This document shows, one piece after another, positions 48,923-57,952 of a DNA stretch of 64,000 bases; the first letter of the stretch is position 1; every line of letters starts with the position of its first letter. A program made the position numbers and the translations under genes. The notes below the pieces were generated by a model, which had not been told where the DNA came from, searched no databases, and saw only the letters and a program-made list of their open reading frames with translations. Source of the stretch: a virus; the IMG/VR virus record IMGVR_UViG_3300025674_007777, positions 8,472 to 72,471 of that record. One strand, 5' to 3'.

Positions 48923-50665
48923 TTACTTCAATATTCTAGGTATACATTTGACTTCAGTTTTCCAGTCAACACCGTCGGCAATCTGTGTCCATTCTGACAC
49001 GGTCCATACTAGTTTGCCTGACCCATTGATGGTGCTAGGTAAGCCTGACACCTTCACTACTCCGCCAAATTTCCAGCCTGTACAGCCATTTGTCACAAAG
49101 GAGAGTTCCAATGGTATGGGAGGAGGATCAAGCTTCGCAGACTTCTTAAATTTTTCATTTGCTCTAATGTTCACCAATTTTCTCAAAGCGCCACGTGATG
49201 CTTCATCAAAACCTGCTCTTCCCATCTGTATCAATGCATTGCTGTATTCAGTGCCTGTGGCAGTTTTCTGAGGATCTTTTGATGTGATACCTGTGCCGAC
49301 TTTCGATGCTGCATTTGCTGTACCATCTGCGTCAGGAGCATCGCCAAAATATTTGGCTGTCAAACTGCTGGGAATGGCACCGGTGAGTGACACATCTCTT
49401 ATGCCTGATGTCGCACCACTGGAACCACCTGGCAAACTGATTGACAATCCGGAAGGCGCTGCAGCTTTATCATAATCCTGATTCTTGTTCACTATGTAAA
49501 TGGTGTTAGGATCTTCAGGTGGAACATCCAATGTGAGATCAACCCAATTACCAGTGTTCTGTCTGATCACAGCAAAGATCTGATCAAAGAATTTTTTCAA
49601 TGGCAGTCTGCCAGACTCTCTGTCCTCAACTTCAACTGTGCTGTCCTCGTTCAATGCCTGATCAGATTGTCCGATGATTTGACTGATAAAAATCATGTTT
49701 ATGTATAACGACGTAGCATAGGTTGGGTCTGAGAAATTGTCCACGCCCATTTGGGTTTCCGTATTCTGCTCTCCATAACCACCTCCATTACTTGTAAATT
49801 TCCAGCACACGGCTGTAGGATCAGATGATATCATGCCAGGAAATTTGTTTAATTTGCAGTATTTAGTATCAGAAGATAATTTGAACTTTGTTCCTTTGAG
49901 ACAGAACTTATTGATAAGTTGTACAAGAGATTCGAGTTTCACAAAATTGGCTGGGACGTTCTTTTCCGAGACTGCCCCAGGATGTATCAGTCCAGGAGTT
50001 TCCTTGCTCAGGCCGGGCATTTCTGCCACCATAACCTTGACAGTAACACCTCCGACAGGTAGTGAATAAAAAGAATTCCATCCGTTGGTATTGCGACCAG
50101 GATTGTTCTTGACATCATTAAGTTGGTTACTTTCTTTCTGACATACATAATTGATGTAGTCAAAGAATGTCACAGTTGTTGATAGTTCATTTCTTCCATC
50201 GTAATTCGATACGAAATCCACAGATTTATCGAATGACTGATTCATGACGTCCACCTCGTCATAGAGACGACCAGGCCCATCTCCTTTGCTCAGACCTTTC
50301 ACAACCACATCAAATCCTCCGAGTCGATCCATTTCAAAACTGAAGTCATATGTAGTGAATGTACCTGAGTCACCGAAGCTGACACTGAATTCAGACCCTA
50401 GCTGTACCAATGCACTATACATTGTACTGAACTGTGATTTGGTATATGCCTTCAGCGACACTTCACATCTTTTCAGAAGACCTATGCCCTGTGTAGTGAT
50501 CTTGATGGACTTGCAGTAGGCGCTGGGAGTAGGAGATACATCAGATGTGCTGTCTGAGCCTCCGTAAGTCACGCCTCCTGCACTGACTGATGGTGAACTA
50601 AGTCGTGATCTCAGTGCTCCAGAGCTTGGAATACTGACACTCATGGATCTCATGAAGAAGCTCAT
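48923..50665 (-). CDS. Putative baseplate hub protein
   Basis: Position after the LysM/gpX-like gene; C-terminal G..FGG.V.V.GLP...W.T.V pattern of hub proteins. Confidence 0.5.
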   Translation of the reverse strand: MSFFMRSMSVSIPSSGALRSRLSSPSVSAGGVTYGGSDSTSDVSPTPSAYCKSIKITTQGIGLLKRCEVSLKAYTKSQFSTMYSALVQLGSEFSVSFGDSGTFTTYDFSFEMDRLGGFDVVVKGLSKGDGPGRLYDEVDVMNQSFDKSVDFVSNYDGRNELSTTVTFFDYINYVCQKESNQLNDVKNNPGRNTNGWNSFYSLPVGGVTVKVMVAEMPGLSKETPGLIHPGAVSEKNVPANFVKLESLVQLINKFCLKGTKFKLSSDTKYCKLNKFPGMISSDPTAVCWKFTSNGGGYGEQNTETQMGVDNFSDPTYATSLYINMIFISQIIGQSDQALNEDSTVEVEDRESGRLPLKKFFDQIFAVIRQNTGNWVDLTLDVPPEDPNTIYIVNKNQDYDKAAAPSGLSISLPGGSSGATSGIRDVSLTGAIPSSLTAKYFGDAPDADGTANAASKVGTGITSKDPQKTATGTEYSNALIQMGRAGFDEASRGALRKLVNIRANEKFKKSAKLDPPPIPLELSFVTNGCTGWKFGGVVKVSGLPSTINGSGKLVWTVSEWTQIADGVDWKTEVKCIPRILK

Positions 50666-50955
50666 TATCTCTCCTCTTCTGCCTGTTCCAACATTTCCAG
50701 GAATGGCATTGCACTGTCAGGAATGCGTAACTGAATGCCCGGTGGTACAACTAATGTTCCTTTGCCAATCTGATTGGCTTCTGCCAGAATCCACCATGCC
50801 TCAGGTGTTCCGTAGAATCGATTAGCCAACAGATCTAAACGATCGCCTGTTCTGCTGATAATGAACAGATCATTGTCTGATCTAGGTATCACAGGATATC
50901 TGCTGCTGCGATATCTATCCTGATCAATCTCTGTGTATTCATATCTTCTCTTCAT
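50665..50955 (-). CDS. LysM/gpX-like baseplate protein
   Basis: GDRLDLLANRFYG...WWILAEAN...PGIQLRIP. Confidence 0.8.
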   Translation of the reverse strand: MKRRYEYTEIDQDRYRSSRYPVIPRSDNDLFIISRTGDRLDLLANRFYGTPEAWWILAEANQIGKGTLVVPPGIQLRIPDSAMPFLEMLEQAEEER

Positions 50956-50988
50956 ATGTTATAAATATGAAACTTCAAAGAATTTGCA

Positions 50989-53571
50989 TTAGCCAGCTAA
51001 AGGAAAGAATGAAGAGTCATGAGTAAGTGTGTTGAACAGATCAGTATTGCCTGTTGCAGACAACACCTTGAAGGTAATGCTCACTTCAGTGTAGATTGGT
51101 TTGGCTCGATCTGGATCAATGTCCCATGGGTACTCCACATCCCAGTTATATGTCATGTCAGTTATGATGCTTGAGAGATTCTGATGTACGCCGCCTATGT
51201 TCACATCCAACGCTGTACCACCCCAGGAATGTTCATAGAGCGCTTTGAGATTTCGCCACATTGCATCATAATGTTCCTGATCAAATGCCGCTGCTATGAA
51301 TGTGATTGATATGGTGCGTTCATAGGATGTGTATTGATATCGCGGATTGATGGTTCCAAGATCCTGTCCAGTATCAAAGTTGGGGCTGGACTGATCAGTG
51401 AGAGATGTTATGTAGGCATAGAACTGATAAGAACCGAACATCATGAAAATAAGATCTGACTGTCGCTTATTTCTAGTGTCTTTGCTTCCCTGAGTTTGGT
51501 AATGTGTATATCTAGCCCCGACTCCTTCTTTGACCGGATCAGTATTGTCATACAAAATGTCTGCTGAATTATTCTGTATAGCTGTCACAGCATCATTCAC
51601 ATCTGTAATTGCATTCACCTTTCTGAAGTCTATTGGCTTACCAGTTTGTCTGTTCTTTGCCATTGCTCTGATGCGGTTGTAATCTGAACTCTGCAGTGTA
51701 TTGACAGTGCTGGTGACTTCGCCAGTCTCTGCATCAGCTGTGATCTCGGCGGACTTGACAGCATTTCCTCCTCCATACTGTGTTTCATTCACTGCTCCTA
51801 ACGGAGTCAGTACTGTGTTATCACTATGATTTAACCATAGTTCATTGTTGGAAACTATGTTGAACAGAGAATCATGATAAATGCGTCTGGCCTGTAGATC
51901 AGGTATTCCAAAAGTATCACTTGATCTTTCTTCGTCTGGCCTGACACTCAGAAAATTATCTTTTTCTTTCACAGCTATCAGCAGTCTATTATATCCATCA
52001 TCAACATCTCTTCTTCCGTCAACACTTCCGATGTATCCAAAACCTCTACTCGTTGGATTCTTTGCTATGATGTCATTGTAACTCTGATTTCCCAGATATC
52101 GTAATGGAACAATTGCTCCTTGTGTTATGTTGTTACCAGAGAAGAAGAACTGATTGGTCTGATCTCCTCTGCTAATTCTGGTGACGCCAATGCCTAACAC
52201 ACTCTTTGGTCCAGCACGTCCGGTCAGTATTGAACTGGCTTGTCCTTTTGGAAAATAACTTAGACCTAGCACGGCGCCAGAGTTTCCAGTACCCTCTAGA
52301 CTGGTAACAACGTTTGTAGAACTACCTTGGTAGACATCGAAATCTGTATCTCCTACACCGCCGGCGCCTCCTAAGTTTGATGATATGTTTTCAACTGTGA
52401 CAATTGCCTGGCTCCTAGATCCTTTGACAAGCCCATACTCGCCTCCTAACTGTACAAGTCTATTGAATCTAACACGTTCTGTGGGGTCAAATGCTCCCCT
52501 GTCCTGATGTATCTGTTCATATTTGCCTCTGGTAACAATGGGAGGTAAATGTCTGTCAAATCTGATGCCAAGACCAGAACTGACTGCATTCACTATTGCC
52601 GAAGTCGGATCATAGAGCTGAGTTGGTCTCAATCCCATAGCCGTTCCGAATATGTTCTCCACATTTGGATTCATGAACTGAAGTCCAAACTGTTTTGTCA
52701 GGAATGCAAGACCTTTTGGCGATATTGCAAATTTGCCTAATCGCACAGCATCAAACACCGCTCTGGTTGCAAATGTCAATGGCCCTCCTCTTGGTATGTC
52801 CAATAGACCTGATATCTGACCACCTATGGTGTTGTCAAGTCCCCACCGTTGTGGATCAGAATTGTCATCTCTCTGAATACCTCTGAGCACAAATGGCTGT
52901 CTGGTGACACCAAATGTGAATGGATTATGAGACTCGTCTCTGATCTTGTACTTGTTGTACATGTCATCTATTGGAGAATTGGCAGTATATGTGTCTGCCA
53001 AACCACTGTTGCTCTGAGCATTATAGATGCTGCCATATCGATTTTGATCAAAGAATCCTGTTCTTAAGATGTCAAAACTATGAATCTGCCCAGCTGGGCC
53101 GATAGGAAATTTGCTGCCATCGCCTAGCTGTGCTCTGCGTTTCGCAATACCTCTGTTTGAAAATGTGACATTGTCAACTAAGAATTCATCTTTGGCAGTT
53201 CTTGTGAAAGATATACTACTCGCACCATCACGTTCAAAACCTCGAGCTGTTATGCTAGGTATGTTATCTGAATTGTTCTGATATCTGGTAGTGAAGTTTC
53301 CGACACTTCCTCTGACAAATGTATCTCTTGCAGGATTGCCTTGTGAATCAAATGGTCTCAGATTAGTGGTCATGTTACCAAGATTTCTGATACCTGTATG
53401 TTGATATTGCATTGTACCTGGAACATTACCTTGTACGCCGACGAAATCTGAAGCTCCTTGTTCCTGTTTTCTTGTCACAAATCCCTTGGCATCAGTGTTA
53501 GGGATGTAATCTACTGCAGGTGGCTGATTACCATACCAGGAGTACAAAGATTGATAGGTCATTAATGGCAT
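50989..53571 (-). CDS. Putative baseplate / tube-initiator protein
   Basis: 860 aa after the tape measure gene; C-terminal FYAYITSLTD...YTSYERTISITF tube-like domain. Confidence 0.55.
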   Translation of the reverse strand: MPLMTYQSLYSWYGNQPPAVDYIPNTDAKGFVTRKQEQGASDFVGVQGNVPGTMQYQHTGIRNLGNMTTNLRPFDSQGNPARDTFVRGSVGNFTTRYQNNSDNIPSITARGFERDGASSISFTRTAKDEFLVDNVTFSNRGIAKRRAQLGDGSKFPIGPAGQIHSFDILRTGFFDQNRYGSIYNAQSNSGLADTYTANSPIDDMYNKYKIRDESHNPFTFGVTRQPFVLRGIQRDDNSDPQRWGLDNTIGGQISGLLDIPRGGPLTFATRAVFDAVRLGKFAISPKGLAFLTKQFGLQFMNPNVENIFGTAMGLRPTQLYDPTSAIVNAVSSGLGIRFDRHLPPIVTRGKYEQIHQDRGAFDPTERVRFNRLVQLGGEYGLVKGSRSQAIVTVENISSNLGGAGGVGDTDFDVYQGSSTNVVTSLEGTGNSGAVLGLSYFPKGQASSILTGRAGPKSVLGIGVTRISRGDQTNQFFFSGNNITQGAIVPLRYLGNQSYNDIIAKNPTSRGFGYIGSVDGRRDVDDGYNRLLIAVKEKDNFLSVRPDEERSSDTFGIPDLQARRIYHDSLFNIVSNNELWLNHSDNTVLTPLGAVNETQYGGGNAVKSAEITADAETGEVTSTVNTLQSSDYNRIRAMAKNRQTGKPIDFRKVNAITDVNDAVTAIQNNSADILYDNTDPVKEGVGARYTHYQTQGSKDTRNKRQSDLIFMMFGSYQFYAYITSLTDQSSPNFDTGQDLGTINPRYQYTSYERTISITFIAAAFDQEHYDAMWRNLKALYEHSWGGTALDVNIGGVHQNLSSIITDMTYNWDVEYPWDIDPDRAKPIYTEVSITFKVLSATGNTDLFNTLTHDSSFFPLAG

Positions 53572-53574
53572 GGC

Positions 53575-55968
53575 TTAAGCTTTTTTCCTAAATGAATCTT
53601 CAGATCTGAGTTGTCGATTTACTCTTGCCCCATCCAGTTCTACTTTCATAGGCTTGTCTCTGATCTGTTCTAATATACCACGCATTGACACAATGGCATT
53701 TACTACAGGTGTCATGTCAACTGAAGCTCCGCCTCCGCCGCCTCCGCCTCCAGCGCCACCCTCTGTTCCAAAGCCTGGCCCCATTGATAGGCCATCTCGC
53801 TTATCTCCTTGGAAAAGACCACCAACCTTAGGAGATGCCACAATTGGACCGCCGTTTGGATCGATTCCAAGGTCACCTGTTTTTCTGAACAACTTCATAC
53901 CTAGTCCAATGGCAGCGGCAGCGGCTGCTGCTCCTAATACTGGTCCTATGACAGGTATGGAAGCTGCAGATTTAAATGCTGTCATGGCAGCGCTGGCCAA
54001 TGTTTTAAAGAATCCGCCGGACTGTATTGCATTAGATGCTGCCTGAATACCTATACCAGCTTGTACTCTTAAGTTTCTCAATTGCTCCATGGCAGCTATA
54101 GCTGTAGTTGTTATCAAACTCCTCTGTTGGAAACCTAATAATATCAAGAAAGCAGAACCAAAAGCAATTGTTGCTGCTTTGGACTTTTCAATGAAATCAT
54201 ATATTGCTGACACGCCTTTCAGTATCATGTTAACCGGAAACATTATCACTTTGAAAGCGAAACCAATCACTTTGAGTATTGGTGATAATGCTGAGAAAAC
54301 TTCCATGAATGCTTCTGCTAATGGTAATAAAGCCATACCTAACTGTTGCTGCATTTTCTGCATTTCTTTCTGCATTTTCATTGCAGCCTGTTCCTGCTCC
54401 AACCTTGTCTGAAGTTCTGTCGCTGACATGTTCATGATCTCTGCCTGAGATAATCCTAATCGCTCAGCAGCTGCTGCCTGGGCCTCTGTCATGCCAGGTA
54501 ATTTTTCTTGCAATGCTAATGATTTGCCTAGCTGTTCAACTGACATACCCGTCGCTTCAGCTAATTTCTGTTTGGCCATGAAGTCCAATTGATTGAATTC
54601 ATGTATGGAACCAACCTGATTCAGCACTTCCTGAGTAGCACCTGCTATGTCTCCTTGCAATGCCAATTGTCTAGCCAGATCAAAGTTAATGTTCTTGCCT
54701 GTCAATGCCTGGAATTCAAATTGAGCTGCCAAAGAGTTTTCAAAATCTAATAACTGCTCAGCTACACCAGCCATATCAGCAATGGACATTCCCAACTTGT
54801 TAGCCTGTATTGCAGCTCGCTTCAATTCTTCGGTGTTACCTGAAAAGTATTTTGAAACCACAGCAGTGTTACTGGTTATGTCATCAAAGACCTGATCAAC
54901 ATTAGCTCCTGATTTGGTTATGTCAGCTGCAAACTCTCTTTGCGTATCCACAAGATCAGTGGATGCCACGCCCATGCTCATTAAAGTGCTATTCATTCGG
55001 CCGGCCTGTTCAGCACCATAACCAAATGCAATGCCTATCTCCGCCGTTTCGGCTGCGGCTTCTGCTGACAACATGCCCACATTACCCATATTAGCAATCA
55101 TAGCAGTCTGCACTTCCAATATGTCTTCAGATGCTACTAACTGATTACCTAATTGATTGGCAACATTCTGAGACTCAATTACCATCTGCTTTGTCTGAGC
55201 AACGTTTAATCCTGTTTCTTCTGCTAGATTCCTCGCAGATTCTTCATGGTTGACAGCAAGTTTCAATAGCCCAGTCAATGCTGCAGCAGCTGCTGCAATT
55301 GCTAGACCGACCAACAGCATTGGATTGGCCATGACAGCTCCATTAAATGCTATCATACCTGCTCTCAATGACCCCATAAGGCCTACACCTTGCTGCATTG
55401 ATCGAGCCATTGCTGAAAAACCGGCTGTTACTGCCATTGATAACTGATTATTTAACTCTTCACTACCTAAATTTAATCTACTAACAGCATCTTGTGCTTT
55501 ATCAAACACCGTTCCTAATGGAGAACTGGCAATCCTGTCTACATTTTTTGCAAGCTTGGCAGACTCAATGGCTTGTTTCTTCAAACCTTCTGCAGTCGAT
55601 TTGCTCATCGTGCCTAATTTCACAGCCTTGTCTAACTGAGCTATGTACTGATTGGTAATGTCTTTAGATGTTTTATGAACACCCATCAAACTTTTGATGT
55701 TACCTTTTAATCCAGCTTGTATTTTTGAAGCCAGATCAATTTGCTGACTTTCCAGATCACTGATTTTCTGCTCAACTGCCTGACGTTTCTCTGCAACAGC
55801 TAAAGCTTTGGTCATTTCTGCGACCATTCGCCGTGTTGCCTGCACCTGTTCATCAGTCATTCTGTTCAGATCAGCTTGTATCTGTGTATATTCAGTTACA
55901 GATAACTTACCGGCCTTTACAAGGTCATTAAGTTGTTTCTGAAATTTTATCTGATCTTGGCCGGCCAT
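53575..55968 (-). CDS. Tape measure protein
   Basis: Ala/Leu/Gln-rich helical 797 aa with hydrophobic segments, downstream of tube and chaperone genes. Confidence 0.85.
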   Translation of the reverse strand: MAGQDQIKFQKQLNDLVKAGKLSVTEYTQIQADLNRMTDEQVQATRRMVAEMTKALAVAEKRQAVEQKISDLESQQIDLASKIQAGLKGNIKSLMGVHKTSKDITNQYIAQLDKAVKLGTMSKSTAEGLKKQAIESAKLAKNVDRIASSPLGTVFDKAQDAVSRLNLGSEELNNQLSMAVTAGFSAMARSMQQGVGLMGSLRAGMIAFNGAVMANPMLLVGLAIAAAAAALTGLLKLAVNHEESARNLAEETGLNVAQTKQMVIESQNVANQLGNQLVASEDILEVQTAMIANMGNVGMLSAEAAAETAEIGIAFGYGAEQAGRMNSTLMSMGVASTDLVDTQREFAADITKSGANVDQVFDDITSNTAVVSKYFSGNTEELKRAAIQANKLGMSIADMAGVAEQLLDFENSLAAQFEFQALTGKNINFDLARQLALQGDIAGATQEVLNQVGSIHEFNQLDFMAKQKLAEATGMSVEQLGKSLALQEKLPGMTEAQAAAAERLGLSQAEIMNMSATELQTRLEQEQAAMKMQKEMQKMQQQLGMALLPLAEAFMEVFSALSPILKVIGFAFKVIMFPVNMILKGVSAIYDFIEKSKAATIAFGSAFLILLGFQQRSLITTTAIAAMEQLRNLRVQAGIGIQAASNAIQSGGFFKTLASAAMTAFKSAASIPVIGPVLGAAAAAAAIGLGMKLFRKTGDLGIDPNGGPIVASPKVGGLFQGDKRDGLSMGPGFGTEGGAGGGGGGGGASVDMTPVVNAIVSMRGILEQIRDKPMKVELDGARVNRQLRSEDSFRKKA

Positions 55969-55971
55969 TTA

Positions 55972-56214
55972 TTATTTACATTTAGGATGATCAGGATTTC
56001 TTTTGCACAATGATTTTATAATGTCATTGAGTCTTTCATGATAATTTTCCATATCTGCGAGTGCTGCCTGCAGCTTAGGATCATCCTTTGCAATATCATA
56101 AGCCTTTTTGTATTGCCTTTTCACTTTTCCTCTGATAAAAAGTTTTGCTATTCTTGACAGCAATCCTTCATTCAAGGTAATGTTTTCCTGCATTTGTTTT
56201 TCTAACTTATTCAT
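55972..56214 (-). CDS. Hypothetical protein
   Basis: 80 aa; late-type motif at 56227-56235. Confidence 0.65.
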   Translation of the reverse strand: MNKLEKQMQENITLNEGLLSRIAKLFIRGKVKRQYKKAYDIAKDDPKLQAALADMENYHERLNDIIKSLCKRNPDHPKCK

Positions 56215-56249
56215 AGCAGCTTTTTGTATAAATATGTTATGATATGATT

Positions 56250-56475
56250 TTAACGTTTTCTTGGCCTGTTGTTAGTTTTCAATTTTCTCATCTGTTTATC
56301 ATGTTCCTCCTGCTGTTTTTTGAAGTAACTTGATAGTTTCTTGATGTGAAACTGACGTATGAATACTGGCATGTCCATTACGTCAGAATATGTGAAAGCA
56401 CCTTTGGAATGAAATATCAGATCATGAATCTGATCTTCCTTCTGTAATTTATATTTCGGTGTCAGGCCAAAAAAA
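56250..56475 (-). CDS. Probable frameshift extension of the tail assembly chaperone
   Basis: Reading frame overlapping the upstream gene across a T7 run; FTYSDVMDMPVFIR motif. Confidence 0.55.
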
Positions 56476-57321
56476 GTCCAATCCAATGTTAATTGAACTT
56501 CGAAAGGTATCGCCGGACTCTCCATCCGGCACTTCTATTACTAGATCTAGATCTGGTGTTACTGATTTGATATGCTTTCGCAATGCTCTGGAATCAATGG
56601 CAAACAACTCTCTATCAACAAATTTTCTGATAGCGCCATCTGATGAATCGCCATCGATTGATGTGATCACGTATTTCAACATGGTTGTCAAACTAGCATC
56701 TTTCTTGAGTTTTTTGATTGCTCTCTGTTCAGCGTCAATCTTCTTCTGTATACCATGTGTCAATAATGAGAATGTGACTTTACGCTTACTGGCTGGTAAT
56801 TCAAATTCAAATTCATTTTTACCATTTTCCAATTTGGACCAATCAATCTCTCGTTCGCCGATTGTAGTCAAATCCACCGTATAATCCACGTCTTCGCCCG
56901 TATATGGGCTTGTTACAGTTACAGGATAATCTTTACCATAGCCTAATACTCTCGCAGCAATCATAATGGCATTCTTGTCACAAAGCAATAGATCATTGTA
57001 ATCAAACTTGGTTAATATCAGTGCCTGAAACAATTTATCTAACACAACACCATTTTTGATGTAACTCTGATTTGTCAGAATATCCTCTTCACGTGCTGTC
57101 ATATATTTCATTTCAATAGTTCCAGCTTTCAGTGGATGCCCATCTGGATACAATACTCCTTTCGATGGCAGTTCTACAATTTCACTCGGAACTGTTATTT
57201 TAGCAGATTCTGCTGACTGCTGTTCATGTTGAGCAGTTGCTGCGGCAATCATTTCTGCGTCCGACATTGGTTTTGATGCTTTTTTCTTGTCCTGATAATT
57301 AGGATTGAGACTTTGTGACAT
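56449..57321 (-). CDS. Tail/baseplate assembly chaperone (T4 gp26-like)
   Basis: VELPSKG..YP, MTAREEDIL, ARVLGYG, LDFFWP; lies between tube and tape measure genes; AGGAG upstream. Confidence 0.75.
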   Translation of the reverse strand: MSQSLNPNYQDKKKASKPMSDAEMIAAATAQHEQQSAESAKITVPSEIVELPSKGVLYPDGHPLKAGTIEMKYMTAREEDILTNQSYIKNGVVLDKLFQALILTKFDYNDLLLCDKNAIMIAARVLGYGKDYPVTVTSPYTGEDVDYTVDLTTIGEREIDWSKLENGKNEFEFELPASKRKVTFSLLTHGIQKKIDAEQRAIKKLKKDASLTTMLKYVITSIDGDSSDGAIRKFVDRELFAIDSRALRKHIKSVTPDLDLVIEVPDGESGDTFRSSINIGLDFFWPDTEI

Positions 57322-57375
57322 TTATACTCCTGTTTAAAACTTGTTCAATAATAAATATGCAACTCATATAAAATG

Positions 57376-57396
57376 AAAAAGGTCTCCGAAGAGACC
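57376..57396 (-). terminator. Rho-independent terminator with C(UUCG)G loop
   Basis: Minus strand GGTCTC-TTCG-GAGACC-TTTTT after the tube gene. Confidence 0.85.
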
Positions 57397-57424
57397 CTTT
57401 CACAATTTTGGATGTATGGCAATC

Positions 57425-57913
57425 TTAGAATTGTAAGATAGCGTAATCATATTTCAAAGTCAATTCAATTTCAATTGGATCTTCAGCTGACCAATCAAAA
57501 TCTCCAAAGGTGGCAGATGAAATGAATGCACCTTTCAATGTCCATTCTTCTACTTTGTCACCTACTGGTCCTAAGGCATTGAAAGTGATGTCCTTCTTAT
57601 AAAAGTCTGAATATCCATCTCTACCTGTCACTGACTCATGATGCAATCGTACCCACTCCATTACAGCCTGAGCTCCTGATGGTACTACTGGGTCATATAA
57701 TGTAATGGTTACATCTTGCCATCTGGATTTTCCTTTAAGCTTTCGCTCAACATTGATGTGATCCAAAATCACCTCACCTTGATCAATTGAAGGTCTGTTA
57801 GCCGTTCTGATCAGGTATGATGGAATACCCTCAATGTACATGATGAACCTGTTAGACATTTTAGGCTCATATGCCGTATAAAATATCTCGGTGGGATCTA
57901 ATAATTCTGCCAT
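57425..57913 (-). CDS. Tail tube protein (gp19-like)
   Basis: EPKMSNRF, KGKSRWQDVTITLYD, EWTLKGAF, LTLKYD. Confidence 0.9.
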   Translation of the reverse strand: MAELLDPTEIFYTAYEPKMSNRFIMYIEGIPSYLIRTANRPSIDQGEVILDHINVERKLKGKSRWQDVTITLYDPVVPSGAQAVMEWVRLHHESVTGRDGYSDFYKKDITFNALGPVGDKVEEWTLKGAFISSATFGDFDWSAEDPIEIELTLKYDYAILQF

Positions 57914-57929
57914 TCTCTATATCCTTTTA

Positions 57930-57938
57930 TATAAATAT
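57930..57938 (-). promoter_or_regulatory. Putative late promoter ATATTTATA
   Basis: 16 nt before the tube ATG. Confidence 0.6.
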
Positions 57939-57952
57939 CCTGTTTTCAGATT

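Noticed and set aside
53728-53760. CCG/CCT-rich short repeat
   Set aside because: Encodes a poly-Gly linker in the tape measure protein.
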